From: Candidatus Saccharimonadota bacterium
GTDB taxonomy: Bacteria; Patescibacteriota; Saccharimonadia; Saccharimonadales; UBA4665
Reading direction: 5' to 3'
DNA length: 64,000 nucleotides
NCBI GenBank assembly: GCA_003133385.1
Contig: PKXF01000001.1
Span: 41,052-105,051 of the forward strand
A model generated the notes under the pieces. That model did not search any database, was not told the DNA's origin, and saw only the letters and a list, made by a program, of their open reading frames with translations. Made by a program: the position numbers and the translations under genes. Shown here one piece after another: positions 8,214 to 17,720 of this stretch. How positions within the stretch are numbered: the first letter of the stretch is position 1; each line of letters begins with the position of its first letter.

Positions 8214-9458
8214 ATGAAAGGCGGACATCCTAAAAAAACGCTTGCTCCTACGACCGACGGCTTGCGGCAAGCTATCAGCGCGCGAACAGATATGAGCATC
8301 ACTCCCCGGCAAGAAAAGATAATCAAATTAAAAGAATCAGTGGAGTTGACCCAAGAATATACCAACGAAATTATCGGCGAGTTGAATGTCACCAATGAAG
8401 AGTTAACGATTACCCGTGATTACGCCGATGCCATTATCCGGACTGTGCGGGGACCATTGTTGGTCCTGAATAAGGATTTGCGAATCATATCGGCCAATGA
8501 AGCGTTCTATAACGCCTTTAAGGTAGCGCCAAATGACACGGAAAACAGGTTACTTTATGACCTGGGAAACCGGCAGTGGAACATTCCGAAACTTCGTATA
8601 TTGCTTGAGGAAATACTTCCCGAGAAGAACACGATTGAGGACTTCGTGGTGGAACACGACTTTAAGGACATCGGCCAAAAGACCATGCTCTTGAATGCCC
8701 GAACCCTCCAGCAAGGACCGGACAAAACGTCACTTATCCTGCTTGCTATTGAAGATATCACCGTACGACAACAACTTGAACAGCAAAAAGACGAGTTTGT
8801 TAGCATTGCGTCACATGAACTCAAAACTCCTATCACCAGCGTTAAGGCATACACCCAGATTCTAGGTAGGAGATTTCGGAAGGCTAACGATATGAAATCA
8901 GTAGAGTTAGTCGAAAAAATGGATTCCCAGCTTGATAAACTGACCGATCTTATCGGTGACTTACTGGACGTAACCAAGATTGAAGCCGGCCGTATACAGT
9001 TCCATGAAAGCCATTTTGATTTTAATGACCTGGTCGAGGAAACCGTTGAAGAGCTACAACGAACGACGGAAAAACATCACATTGAGCAAGAACTGCAACC
9101 CTCAAGAACAGTCTACGGGGATCATGATCGTTTAGGTCAGGTACTCATAAATTTCTTGACCAACGCCATTAAATACTCGCCTCATGCAGATAAAATCATT
9201 GTGAGCACAGCTGTTGATAAAGACAATGTCACGCTCAGCGTCCAGGATTTCGGAGTGGGATTATCCAAGGAAGACCAAGCCAAAGTTTTTGAACGTTTTT
9301 ACCGGGTTGGCGGATCGGACCAGTCTACTTATCCAGGACTTGGGTTAGGATTATTCATCGCATCCGATATTATCAAGCGCCACAAGGGTCGCGTGTGGGT
9401 AGAAAGCATCAAAGCCAAAGGCTCAACTTTTTGTTTCTCGCTACCTATGACCAAATAG
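8214..9458 (+). CDS. Soluble PAS-domain sensor histidine kinase
   Basis: 414 aa with no hydrophobic span. It has a coiled-coil NEEL repeat, then a PAS domain (LLVLNKDLRIISANEAFYNAF...WNIPKLRILLEEIL), the H-box SHELKTPITSVKAY, and ATPase N/G boxes (NAIKYSP, DFGVGL, GLGLGL). The exact start is uncertain. Confidence 0.85.
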   Translation: MKGGHPKKTLAPTTDGLRQAISARTDMSITPRQEKIIKLKESVELTQEYTNEIIGELNVTNEELTITRDYADAIIRTVRGPLLVLNKDLRIISANEAFYNAFKVAPNDTENRLLYDLGNRQWNIPKLRILLEEILPEKNTIEDFVVEHDFKDIGQKTMLLNARTLQQGPDKTSLILLAIEDITVRQQLEQQKDEFVSIASHELKTPITSVKAYTQILGRRFRKANDMKSVELVEKMDSQLDKLTDLIGDLLDVTKIEAGRIQFHESHFDFNDLVEETVEELQRTTEKHHIEQELQPSRTVYGDHDRLGQVLINFLTNAIKYSPHADKIIVSTAVDKDNVTLSVQDFGVGLSKEDQAKVFERFYRVGGSDQSTYPGLGLGLFIASDIIKRHKGRVWVESIKAKGSTFCFSLPMTK

Positions 9459-9470
9459 AGAAAATTAAAT

Positions 9471-9842
9471 ATGGGTAATACAAAGAAAAAAATACTGGTT
9501 GCTGATGATAATCCCGCAATTCTGGATGCTCTTAAGATTATGCTGGAAGAGGAAGGTTATGAGGTTGAAACGACAGTCGATGGAGCAACGGTCCAAGACA
9601 TCAAGGCACCTTTACCGGATCTTTTAATGCTAGATATCTGGATGTCCGGCATAGATGGTAGAAATGTTTGCAAACTCCTCAAAAGCAATGCTGAAACGAA
9701 GCACATACCTATCATTATGATCTCTGCCACTAAAGATATTGAACAAATTGCCAAAGACTCCGGAGCTGATGACTGTGTTTCCAAGCCTTTTCAGATGGAA
9801 CACCTGCTGGCAACTGTAGCCAAGTATGTCAAGAAGCACTGA
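9471..9842 (+). CDS. Stand-alone response regulator receiver protein
   Basis: 123 aa with ILVADDN, LLMLDIWMSGIDG (acceptor Asp), MISAT and SKPF. There is no output domain. Confidence 0.85.
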   Translation: MGNTKKKILVADDNPAILDALKIMLEEEGYEVETTVDGATVQDIKAPLPDLLMLDIWMSGIDGRNVCKLLKSNAETKHIPIIMISATKDIEQIAKDSGADDCVSKPFQMEHLLATVAKYVKKH

Positions 9843-9885
9843 CTAATCTGTTATACTGCTTTCACCTGGGGGTAATAAAAAATTT

Positions 9886-10281
9886 ATGACTAAACCTACG
9901 AAAAAGATTTTAATAATTGACGACGACGCCAGCATTAGAGAAGCGGTTCGTCTGAGCGTTGAAGAGCAAGATTTTGTGAACGTTGAAGTCACAGAAAGCG
10001 CTAATGTAGAATCTGGCATTCAGCAAATGAAAGACATAGACCCCGACATTGTCATTCTAGACCTGCACATGCCCGGCAAAACCGGATTCGACTTCATGGA
10101 CATAGTGTACAAAAATAAACTTTTAGACAGGGCCAAAGTGATTATGCTTACGGCAGATGATACACTCGGCAATCTGTTTAAAGCTGAGCATCAAGGCATC
10201 GGGGCATATCATTTCCTTGGCAAGCCATTTAACATTTCAGAGCTTCAAGCACTAGTTTTTGATCTAAGCTTGCTTGGTTAG
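9886..10281 (+). CDS. Stand-alone response regulator receiver protein
   Basis: 131 aa with ILIIDDD, IVILDLHMPGKTG, MLTAD and GKPF. There is no output domain. Confidence 0.85.
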   Translation: MTKPTKKILIIDDDASIREAVRLSVEEQDFVNVEVTESANVESGIQQMKDIDPDIVILDLHMPGKTGFDFMDIVYKNKLLDRAKVIMLTADDTLGNLFKAEHQGIGAYHFLGKPFNISELQALVFDLSLLG

Positions 10282-10412
10282 AAGATTTACTTTAATCGGA
10301 TAGTCTCCGGCTTGGATTGTTACGTAATCTAGTTGCAAAAGCATGCACGACGCCTCTTTACGTGCTGCTTATGGTTAAACAAAGGCTTTAAATCTTTTGT
10401 TACAATGCACTA

Positions 10413-10841
10413 ATGAAAGTTGATGGTAAAACTCACCAAGCGATTGAACATACCGTTCATTGTCTAATCGGATGTGGCATTGGTGAGATTCTAGGAATGC
10501 TAATAGCAGCTTCACTTGGTTGGCATAGGCCTGGCCGGCTGGCACTTGCGATAGTTTTAGCTTTCACTTTCGGTTATCTTCTAACTTATAGAGGTGTCCG
10601 CAAACAAGTAGCAACGCCGCGTGAAGCATTGAAAATTACAATAGCTACTGACACTGTTTCTATCTTCACAATGGAGTTAGTAGATAACACCATAGAATTT
10701 ATCATTCCCAATGCTTTGGCTGTAACCGCATCGTCATTTAGGTTCTGGTGGGGTTTGGCTGTTTCGCTGTTAATCGCATTTATTATTACTGTACCCGTTA
10801 ACCGCTATATGATGAGCCGGCGGCCGCATCATAGCCATTAA
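10413..10841 (+). CDS. DUF4396-like integral membrane protein
   Basis: 142 aa. The N-terminal HCLIGCGIGEILGM motif plus three or four hydrophobic spans matches my memory of DUF4396. Confidence 0.6.
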   Translation: MKVDGKTHQAIEHTVHCLIGCGIGEILGMLIAASLGWHRPGRLALAIVLAFTFGYLLTYRGVRKQVATPREALKITIATDTVSIFTMELVDNTIEFIIPNALAVTASSFRFWWGLAVSLLIAFIITVPVNRYMMSRRPHHSH

Positions 10842-10943
10842 TACAATAAAAGCACCGGTGTTTAAACGATGCTTTTATTCTGCAAAGGCTGTGGCGGCAT
10901 CAGCCGTTACATAAGGCTCTCAAACCCGAATTGATGTAAGCTA

Positions 10944-11162
10944 CTAGGCTTGGCTTCTCAGCCTCTGGGCAGTGTGCCTAAATTGTTGCCTCATTGAGGG
11001 GCTATCTTCTAGCAGTTCGATTTCTAAGGACTGGTGTGTGTCACGAAAAACATTGTCGCGTGGCTCATCTGAATTATTCATGTATTGCTGGAATCTTGTT
11101 TTTGAGAGTTTTTGATGTTTATTCTTCATTAGCTGAAAATTATAGGACATATCGTTTATCAC
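10944..11162 (-). CDS. Small hypothetical protein
   Basis: 72-aa ORF in the same orientation as the upstream histidine kinase gene and 93 nt downstream of it. It is hydrophilic with no recognisable motif. Confidence 0.35.
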   Translation of the reverse strand: MINDMSYNFQLMKNKHQKLSKTRFQQYMNNSDEPRDNVFRDTHQSLEIELLEDSPSMRQQFRHTAQRLRSQA

Positions 11163-11255
11163 CTTCTCTTTTCTCTATTCTCTGTTAGCCTTGCACTTAA
11201 TAAGCTTAAGTCTATTGTTCTGGAAAGTATGTACGTTTTATTACTTAGTAAGAGC

Positions 11256-12560
11256 TTAGGCTGGTTCTGGTAAGAGGTCAGTAGTAATAGGTGTTTTGAC
11301 TGTAAAAGTAGATCCTTTGTTAGGACTAGACGTGACTTCAATGCTGCCATCATGTAAATCTAGGATTTTTTTAGCCCAATATAAGCCTAAGCCGGTACCT
11401 TTTACAGATGTTGAGAGCTCGTTATCAATTCTGGAAAACTTTTTAAATAACTTTTGGCGGTCGCGTTTATTTATACCAACACCGTTATCTTTTATAGAAA
11501 TGGTGGTGCATGTATCGTTTTGCTCAATATCAATTGTGACTTGCTTACCCCCTCCAGAGTACTTACCGGCGTTGTCCAATACGTTTTCTAAAACCATGAG
11601 CATGAGTTTTTGATCAACAGAAGCAATGATTTTCTTGGTAGGCTTGTTAAACATGACACTTTGGTCTCGACTTTTAAATAAAACTGCCTGGGCTTTTATA
11701 ACTAGCTCTATTTGTTTAACCATATCGTAAGGTGACTTTTCCAGGAAAACTTTTCCGGCGTCAACTTTGGCTACTCTGAGCAGGTCTTCAATGATTTCTA
11801 GCTGGCGTTCATTACTTTCATACACTACTTTAAGCATAGTCAGTTGGGCCGTAGAGACCTTGCCTACGTAGTCGTGAGTTAGCATGCCAACGTATTGTTT
11901 AACTGCGGTAGCCGGGGTGCGCAGCTGATGAGAGGCTAGTGATATAAATTCGTCTTTGGCATCGTTGAGTGCCTGTAGTTGGTCGCGCTGATTAATTAAG
12001 TTCGCGGTTGTTTCATCTAATTCAACTTTAAGCAAACTGCTGGCAGTAATGTCTTCCATAGCAAGTAGGATAAGCTGCTTGCTATCGACTTGGCGAGCAT
12101 TTAAAAGCATCGTTTTATGGCCTATCTTGGGAAAATCATGTGTAACTTCGTAATTATTCAGCACTTTGTGGGTCGGCAGAATATTTTCCAACAATTCCCG
12201 AAGCTCCGGGGCATCCCACTGGCTGTCGCCAAGTTCGTAGATGAGTTTGCCTTCAGTATCTTTTTTTCGAACCTTAAACTTGCGGTAAAAGGCTTGATTG
12301 GCCGTGACCACGTACAGATCTTTGTCTAGAATTATAAATGGTTCTCGGGTGGTTTCAGTAATCTCTTTGTAATAGACAAGCAGTTTCTTAAGTTCAGAAA
12401 TCTGGTTACTCTGATGAATGATTTTCTTCTTATTTGCTCTATTATGCTTTGCTCCAGCCTTTGGGGCGTCACTTTGCCGAGCAGTAACTTTTCCCGTTCC
12501 AGTAAATCGAGGACTCATACAAACACTACCTGCGGTTCTTAATGTGCCGTAACATAGCAA
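11256..12560 (-). CDS. Soluble PAS-domain sensor histidine kinase (paralogue of 8214-9458)
   Basis: 434 aa. Its PAS region (FIILDKDLYVVTANQAFYRKF...WDAPELRELLENIL...HKTMLLNARQV) aligns by eye with the other kinase. It has the H-box SHQLRTPATAVKQY and a GTGLGL G-box. An alternative start exists at 12518 (MSPRF). Confidence 0.85.
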   Translation of the reverse strand: MLCYGTLRTAGSVCMSPRFTGTGKVTARQSDAPKAGAKHNRANKKKIIHQSNQISELKKLLVYYKEITETTREPFIILDKDLYVVTANQAFYRKFKVRKKDTEGKLIYELGDSQWDAPELRELLENILPTHKVLNNYEVTHDFPKIGHKTMLLNARQVDSKQLILLAMEDITASSLLKVELDETTANLINQRDQLQALNDAKDEFISLASHQLRTPATAVKQYVGMLTHDYVGKVSTAQLTMLKVVYESNERQLEIIEDLLRVAKVDAGKVFLEKSPYDMVKQIELVIKAQAVLFKSRDQSVMFNKPTKKIIASVDQKLMLMVLENVLDNAGKYSGGGKQVTIDIEQNDTCTTISIKDNGVGINKRDRQKLFKKFSRIDNELSTSVKGTGLGLYWAKKILDLHDGSIEVTSSPNKGSTFTVKTPITTDLLPEPA

Positions 12561-12633
12561 GTCTGCGCCTATTTGTCTTTGTTGTCTGTAAGATAACAGT
12601 CCCGGTACATAGGTTTAGTGATTTAAACTCTTG

Positions 12634-13428
12634 TCAATTGTTTTGGGGCCTTTTTATGCTTAGCAGTACGAAAGTGTAAATTAACGAACATGACATGCCA
12701 AGCAAAAAGCTAGTTATTGTAGGCAGCCTTGTGAGCGTTTGATGCAGGACAATAACAAATAGTAAAGAGCTGATGACAGCCAGGGGCAGCCGCTTAACAA
12801 AACTCTTGACGAATTCACTGCCCTGGGACTTAGAGAGAAAATATAAGGCCGTGACAACGGTCGCCGGGAAACTGCTGACCACGCCTCCCCAAAGCGGCCC
12901 TGAGTAGCGGGCTACTAATACGGCGGACGCGATGACGGCACCGCTAACTAAAAACCTGGCCATGTAGACTGTGCCTGGCAATATACGTTTCTTTGGCACT
13001 ACTACCGTATATTTATGGAATAAGTATTGGAACAATAATATACCGGCCAGGCCAAGAATAATGATATAAGCAAAGTTAGTTTTGGAAAGCGATTCTCTTA
13101 ATGCCGCTGACGTCCCTAGCCAAGCTATGGTTGCAACAGCTGATACAAGTAAGTAACGGCTATGCTTGGACAAGCTGGACATCTTAACAAATACCCAACC
13201 ATAAAAAAGTGTCGCGGCCAGCATTACCGGTACAATCGCCGTAGCCACTTTTGTGGACTGCGGTCCTTCAGTAATGTTTATAAAGACCAAGCTGACAAGA
13301 ATCGTATTAGGAACACCGGCCAGAGCGCCGCCTATTCTGGAGCCTAATTTTTCTGATAACCAAATAATGCCCGAGACATAGCCGCCGCCGATTACAAACG
13401 AAAGAATTACTCTTAAGATAAATTCCAT
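12634..13428 (-). CDS. Polytopic integral membrane protein, unknown function
   Basis: 264 aa, almost entirely hydrophobic spans, with two similar-looking halves. It is divergent from an ArsR-type regulator. Confidence 0.6.
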   Translation of the reverse strand: MEFILRVILSFVIGGGYVSGIIWLSEKLGSRIGGALAGVPNTILVSLVFINITEGPQSTKVATAIVPVMLAATLFYGWVFVKMSSLSKHSRYLLVSAVATIAWLGTSAALRESLSKTNFAYIIILGLAGILLFQYLFHKYTVVVPKKRILPGTVYMARFLVSGAVIASAVLVARYSGPLWGGVVSSFPATVVTALYFLSKSQGSEFVKSFVKRLPLAVISSLLFVIVLHQTLTRLPTITSFLLGMSCSLIYTFVLLSIKRPQNN

Positions 13429-13518
13429 AGCTTTACTTTATATTAACACCTGGGTCTTTTTTGTTTAGTTGACTTAATTTAGCTGCTCATATAAAGTTAA
13501 CTTGTAGGTTAACTTTAT

Positions 13519-13854
13519 ATGAGCATATCTTATGATTCACCACAGCTAGATTCAGTACTCGAGGCTTTGGCAAATCAAAAGCGCCGGGGTATTATTCATG
13601 ATTTGTCGTTGCAGCCCGCTACGGTTACTCAGCTAGCTAGCCGCGCCCGCCTTTCCTTGCCGGCCATTCATAAACACATAAGGAGCCTGGAACAGGCCCA
13701 GCTTATTATCCGTAAAAAGGCTGGCCGTACTAACTTTGTAGCCCTCAACGGCAGCACTTTAGGCCTAGCCCAAAGTTGGATTATGCAGTATCAGACATCT
13801 TGGGGCAGCAATAAAGCTACACTCGATAACTATATTTCCAAGATGCAAGAATGA
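13519..13854 (+). CDS. ArsR/SmtB-family winged-helix transcriptional regulator
   Basis: 111 aa. LEALANQKRRGIIHDL...TVTQLASRARLSLPAIHKHIRSLEQAQLI is the ArsR HTH signature. Confidence 0.8.
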   Translation: MSISYDSPQLDSVLEALANQKRRGIIHDLSLQPATVTQLASRARLSLPAIHKHIRSLEQAQLIIRKKAGRTNFVALNGSTLGLAQSWIMQYQTSWGSNKATLDNYISKMQE

Positions 13855-13930
13855 ATCCTGGAAACGTAAGTATTGTTTGTTAATAATTAATGGCTCCATA
13901 TAGAAGAGCCGAAGGGAGATATAAAATAAT

Positions 13931-14230
13931 ATGGGAAAATACGTATACATCTACTACGCTGGGTCAGAATCTGATGGAGGTAACGCCGAGGAATGGGGCA
14001 AGTGGTTTGGCCAGCTCGGTGACAAATTAGTTGACCCGGGCAACCCATTCGGTGAAGGCGGCCAGGCCGTAAGCCAAGAGGGCGTCATGGCGGTTAGTGA
14101 TAGGCCAGCTACCGGTTACTCGATTGTCAATGCTTCGGACATGGATGAGGCAACTGAAATCGCTAAAGGTTGTCCTTTGATGTCAGCCAAAGGTGGTGCA
14201 GTTTGCGTCTACGAAGCCTTGCCGATGTAA
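13931..14230 (+). CDS. YCII-related-domain-like small protein
   Basis: 99 aa. The C-terminal GYSIVNASDMDEATEIAKGCPLM...VCVYEALPM resembles the YCII/DGPF family tail. GGGAG lies 8-12 nt upstream of the ATG. Confidence 0.55.
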   Translation: MGKYVYIYYAGSESDGGNAEEWGKWFGQLGDKLVDPGNPFGEGGQAVSQEGVMAVSDRPATGYSIVNASDMDEATEIAKGCPLMSAKGGAVCVYEALPM

Positions 14231-14286
14231 CAGTTGTCTGCTAAAACCACCTGGTACTTAAGTAGTCAGTTCAGTCTTGTTCGATA

Positions 14287-15210
14287 TTGGGCTATCATAG
14301 GTCTATGCCTGAGACTGTAAAATCCCCGCCTTCCAATCCCAGTGACTTACTAAACCTGATCAAGCAGACTTTCCCGGATGTAACGTGGTCCAGTTTTCAA
14401 TATCTGGACGTGGGCTGGGACCATGAAGTCATAATACTCGACAATCAAATAGTATTTCGCTTCCCGAACGACCAGGAGTATTCCAAGTCACTAAAAACTG
14501 AAGTTGAGGTACTTCGCGAGATTCTGCCGTTGGTCAGCACTGTGGCCATGCCGGATTATACCTATGTAGCACCGGACTATTCATTTGCTGGTTACCAGCT
14601 GGTAACAGGCCAGGAGTTGAGTAGTAAATATTTTAATAGCCTTGTGCCTGGCGTACATGACGTAATTGCTAACAAGCTTGCTGCATTTCTGTCGGTGATG
14701 CACTCTGCCATAGACAAAGGCCATGATTTTAGTGCGGTCGACGAGTCGTATATGCTGGAATTACAGCCTAAGGTCCGGCGATCGTCCATTGACAACCTGA
14801 AGCCTGTGCTTAGCCAGGATGATTACCAACACGTTGAGGCTATTTTAGACACTACCGATACTCTTCTATCCGGTCAGCTGCCATCGGTTTTACTGCATGG
14901 CGATATTTATAGTGGGCACTTATTTTGGGACGGAAAGCAGCAGCAACTCGGTATCATTGACTTCAGTGACATGTACCGGGGTGACCCGGCCTTTGATTTC
15001 GCCGAATTATATGAGTATGGCGAGGGTTTTGTTAAGCAAACCTACGGCTACTATACTGGTCCTAAGGATGAGTCATTTCTTCATAGGGCGAAGATATACC
15101 AAAAATGGGTAGGCGTATTTATGATGAGTGACCACTTTGTTTATCACAAGACTTCTTTTGAAGAAGCCCGGGAAACTTTTGATAGAACTAAGAATCTAGA
15201 GGTTGATTGA
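14287..15210 (+). CDS. Aminoglycoside-phosphotransferase (APH)-fold small-molecule kinase
   Basis: 307 aa with the catalytic loop LLHGDIYSGHLFW and the metal-binding IIDFSDMYRGDPAFDF. The ORF-track start at 14287 is TTG; an ATG alternative lies at 14305. Confidence 0.75.
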   Translation: MGYHRSMPETVKSPPSNPSDLLNLIKQTFPDVTWSSFQYLDVGWDHEVIILDNQIVFRFPNDQEYSKSLKTEVEVLREILPLVSTVAMPDYTYVAPDYSFAGYQLVTGQELSSKYFNSLVPGVHDVIANKLAAFLSVMHSAIDKGHDFSAVDESYMLELQPKVRRSSIDNLKPVLSQDDYQHVEAILDTTDTLLSGQLPSVLLHGDIYSGHLFWDGKQQQLGIIDFSDMYRGDPAFDFAELYEYGEGFVKQTYGYYTGPKDESFLHRAKIYQKWVGVFMMSDHFVYHKTSFEEARETFDRTKNLEVD

Positions 15211-15213
15211 GCC

Positions 15214-15738
15214 ATGAATATTGTATTTCTAGACCGGGACGGTACTGTAATTATAGATCCTCCTGACGAGCGGGTAGACAAAGAGTCTAAGATCAAGCTC
15301 TTTCCAGATAGTATTAAAGCGCTAGCTTATCTTGCCGGCCATAATTTTGCCGTCATCTTTATTACTAACCAAGCTGGGATTGCCGAAGGCAGGCTTAACT
15401 TAGACGGTTTCCAAAGAATCCATGGTAAGGTTTTGGAAATGCTGGCTCCAAGCGGCGTCAAGGTTCTTGAGACGTATGTCTGTCCGCATAGTCCTAATGA
15501 CGGTTGTGACTGCCACAAGCCTAAGCCAACTTTACTACTTCAAGCAGCCAGGGACTTTAAGATAGATTTGGCTGGCAGTTATATGATTGGTGACCGCCAA
15601 TCGGACGTCTTAGCCGGAGTTAATGCAGGCATGAAAACCATACTGGTTAAGACGGCCAATGTTCCAGTTACATCAGCTGAGGCTGACTATACTGCCCCTA
15701 ATTTATTGGACGCAGTTAAGTATGTTGTTAATAATTAG
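15214..15738 (+). CDS. HAD-IIIA phosphatase, GmhB / histidinol-phosphatase-like
   Basis: 174 aa with FLDRDGTV (motif I), ITNQ (motif II), the zinc-finger insert CPHSPNDGCDCHKPKP, and GDRQSD (motif IV). Confidence 0.75.
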   Translation: MNIVFLDRDGTVIIDPPDERVDKESKIKLFPDSIKALAYLAGHNFAVIFITNQAGIAEGRLNLDGFQRIHGKVLEMLAPSGVKVLETYVCPHSPNDGCDCHKPKPTLLLQAARDFKIDLAGSYMIGDRQSDVLAGVNAGMKTILVKTANVPVTSAEADYTAPNLLDAVKYVVNN

Positions 15739-15768
15739 CTTGCTCGTGGCATAAAATACTAATTGCTT

Positions 15769-17118
15769 TTAAGGAGCAGGTTTGTGGTTTCTAATGCCGG
15801 CTGCTGAAAGCACGCCGCCAATAATAAGCAGGGCTGCTGTAAACGTTATGGCGTGGTGGAAACCACTTAAGTTGATGTTATGCCCGACGATAACTCCAAT
15901 TATGGCAATGGCGATCAGTCCGGCAACCCTGGCAATGGCATTGTTGACGGCCGAGGCTATGCCTGAACGGCTTTTCTCTATATCGCCTAGGACAGCTGAC
16001 GTTAATGGAGCCACGGTCATGGAAAGGCCGAAAGCGAACACTAAAATACCGGGCAGCAGCTGGGTTGCATAGTTCACGTGCGCCGATACGCTTGTCATTA
16101 GGAGGAAGCCGACCCCAGATATTACCGGGCCGGCGCTCATATATAACCTGGGCCCGTGTTTACCGGCCAGTTTGCCGAATTGCGGCGACAATACAAACAT
16201 AATTATGGTAACCGGCAGTAGGGACAGTCCGGCACTAAAGGCTGAAAAGCCGCCAACCTCTTGCAAGAAGATAACTATTAAAAACGTAGCTATCGATAGA
16301 CCGCCATATATTACTACCGTCGATATGTTGCCTGCCGAGAAATTTCTTATCTTAAATAGCGATAGGGGCAGCATGGCGTTGGCAATTTTGCGCTCATACA
16401 TAATAAAGATAACCAGCAGTAGCAAACCGGCTATAAAGGGCCCGAGAATGATCCCGCTTGACCAGGAATAATTAGGCTGTTCAATAAGGGCAAATACCGT
16501 CCCGAATAACCCCAGGCTGCATAATACGGCGCCGGCAACATCAAGTTTTAGCTTAGACCGCTGTTCGGTTAGCTTGAGCCTGCTTAGCAGCCACAGGCAA
16601 ACCGCTATAGGAATAACGTTGATGGCAAAGATCAGTCTCCAGGTAAAAGCGTCGACCAAGAAACCGCCCAAAAGCGGGCCGATTACAAAAGCTATTCCCG
16701 TCCAAGCAGTCCAAGTACCAATAGCCTTACCCTGGGCTTTGCCTTTGAAATTAGAAATAATAATTGCCAACGAACTTGGCACTAGCAAGGCGCCTGCCAC
16801 GCCTTGGAAACCGCGGGCAATAATCAAAAATGTGTTTGACGGTGCGCCGGCGCATAGCAAGGAAGTAATGCCAAAGCCTAACAGTCCGACTACCAGAACC
16901 CGTTTACGGCCAAAAAGATCAGATAATGAGCCGGCTAGCAAAATCAGTGAACCAAGTGTCAGGAGATAAGCGTCGACTATCCACTGCTGGGCTACTAGAC
17001 CGCCGCCAAGGTGGTGAATAATCGATGGCAAGGCTACGTTAACTACCGAGCCGTCAAGGAAAGCTACGAAAGAAGCCAGGATACTAATAGCCAGGATAAG
17101 TCTTAACTTGCCGTCCAT
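15769..17118 (-). CDS. MFS transporter, DHA2 (EmrB/QacA-like, 14-TMS) type
   Basis: 449 aa. It has the motif LSDLFGRKRVL after TM2 and is long and hydrophobic throughout. Confidence 0.8.
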   Translation of the reverse strand: MDGKLRLILAISILASFVAFLDGSVVNVALPSIIHHLGGGLVAQQWIVDAYLLTLGSLILLAGSLSDLFGRKRVLVVGLLGFGITSLLCAGAPSNTFLIIARGFQGVAGALLVPSSLAIIISNFKGKAQGKAIGTWTAWTGIAFVIGPLLGGFLVDAFTWRLIFAINVIPIAVCLWLLSRLKLTEQRSKLKLDVAGAVLCSLGLFGTVFALIEQPNYSWSSGIILGPFIAGLLLLVIFIMYERKIANAMLPLSLFKIRNFSAGNISTVVIYGGLSIATFLIVIFLQEVGGFSAFSAGLSLLPVTIIMFVLSPQFGKLAGKHGPRLYMSAGPVISGVGFLLMTSVSAHVNYATQLLPGILVFAFGLSMTVAPLTSAVLGDIEKSRSGIASAVNNAIARVAGLIAIAIIGVIVGHNINLSGFHHAITFTAALLIIGGVLSAAGIRNHKPAP

Positions 17119-17196
17119 CGCTTTAGCTTAGCATCTTTGTGATAGTAAATTAAGCGGCGCCGTTTTCTCCCAACCATAAACTATTTTTGTTATGAT

Positions 17197-17691
17197 GTGG
17201 GTGTGCATGTTTTATTCATCCAGACCGGCGGTTCAATCGATAAAGATTATCCAAAAGTAACCAAAGCCTATGCTTTTGAAATAAATAAGCCGGCTGTTGC
17301 GCGGATTGCAGACAGGATACGTGCCGGTTTCAGTTATGACATTATTGAACTTTTGAAAAAGGACAGCCAGGATATTACAGATAGCGACAGGCAGCTGATC
17401 TATAAAACTTGCCTGGAGACCAAGTTTGATAAGATTATTATCACCCATGGCACAGACACCATGATAGAAACGGCTAAAGTGCTTAGTAGTATTACTGATA
17501 AGACCATCGTCCTGACTGGCGCAATGGTACCTGAGAAGTTCAAGGACACCGATGCCGACTTTAATGTTGGGTCAGCGGTTGGGGCAATATCGGTATTGCC
17601 TAGTGGCACGTATATAGCCATGCACGGTAGAGTGGTGCCTTATTCTAAAGCTGTACGGGAGTTAAGCACGGGCCAGTTTACTTTTAGGTAA
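17197..17691 (+). CDS. Stand-alone asparaginase N-terminal-domain protein
   Basis: 164 aa. IQTGGSIDK (TGGTI-like nucleophile loop) and ITHGTDTMIETA (HGTDT motif) match the L-asparaginase/GatD N-domain. There is no C-terminal domain, and the start is GTG. Confidence 0.6.
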   Translation: MGVHVLFIQTGGSIDKDYPKVTKAYAFEINKPAVARIADRIRAGFSYDIIELLKKDSQDITDSDRQLIYKTCLETKFDKIIITHGTDTMIETAKVLSSITDKTIVLTGAMVPEKFKDTDADFNVGSAVGAISVLPSGTYIAMHGRVVPYSKAVRELSTGQFTFR

Positions 17692-17720
17692 AATCGCTGC
17701 CTTCGGAGGGCAACTAAAAT

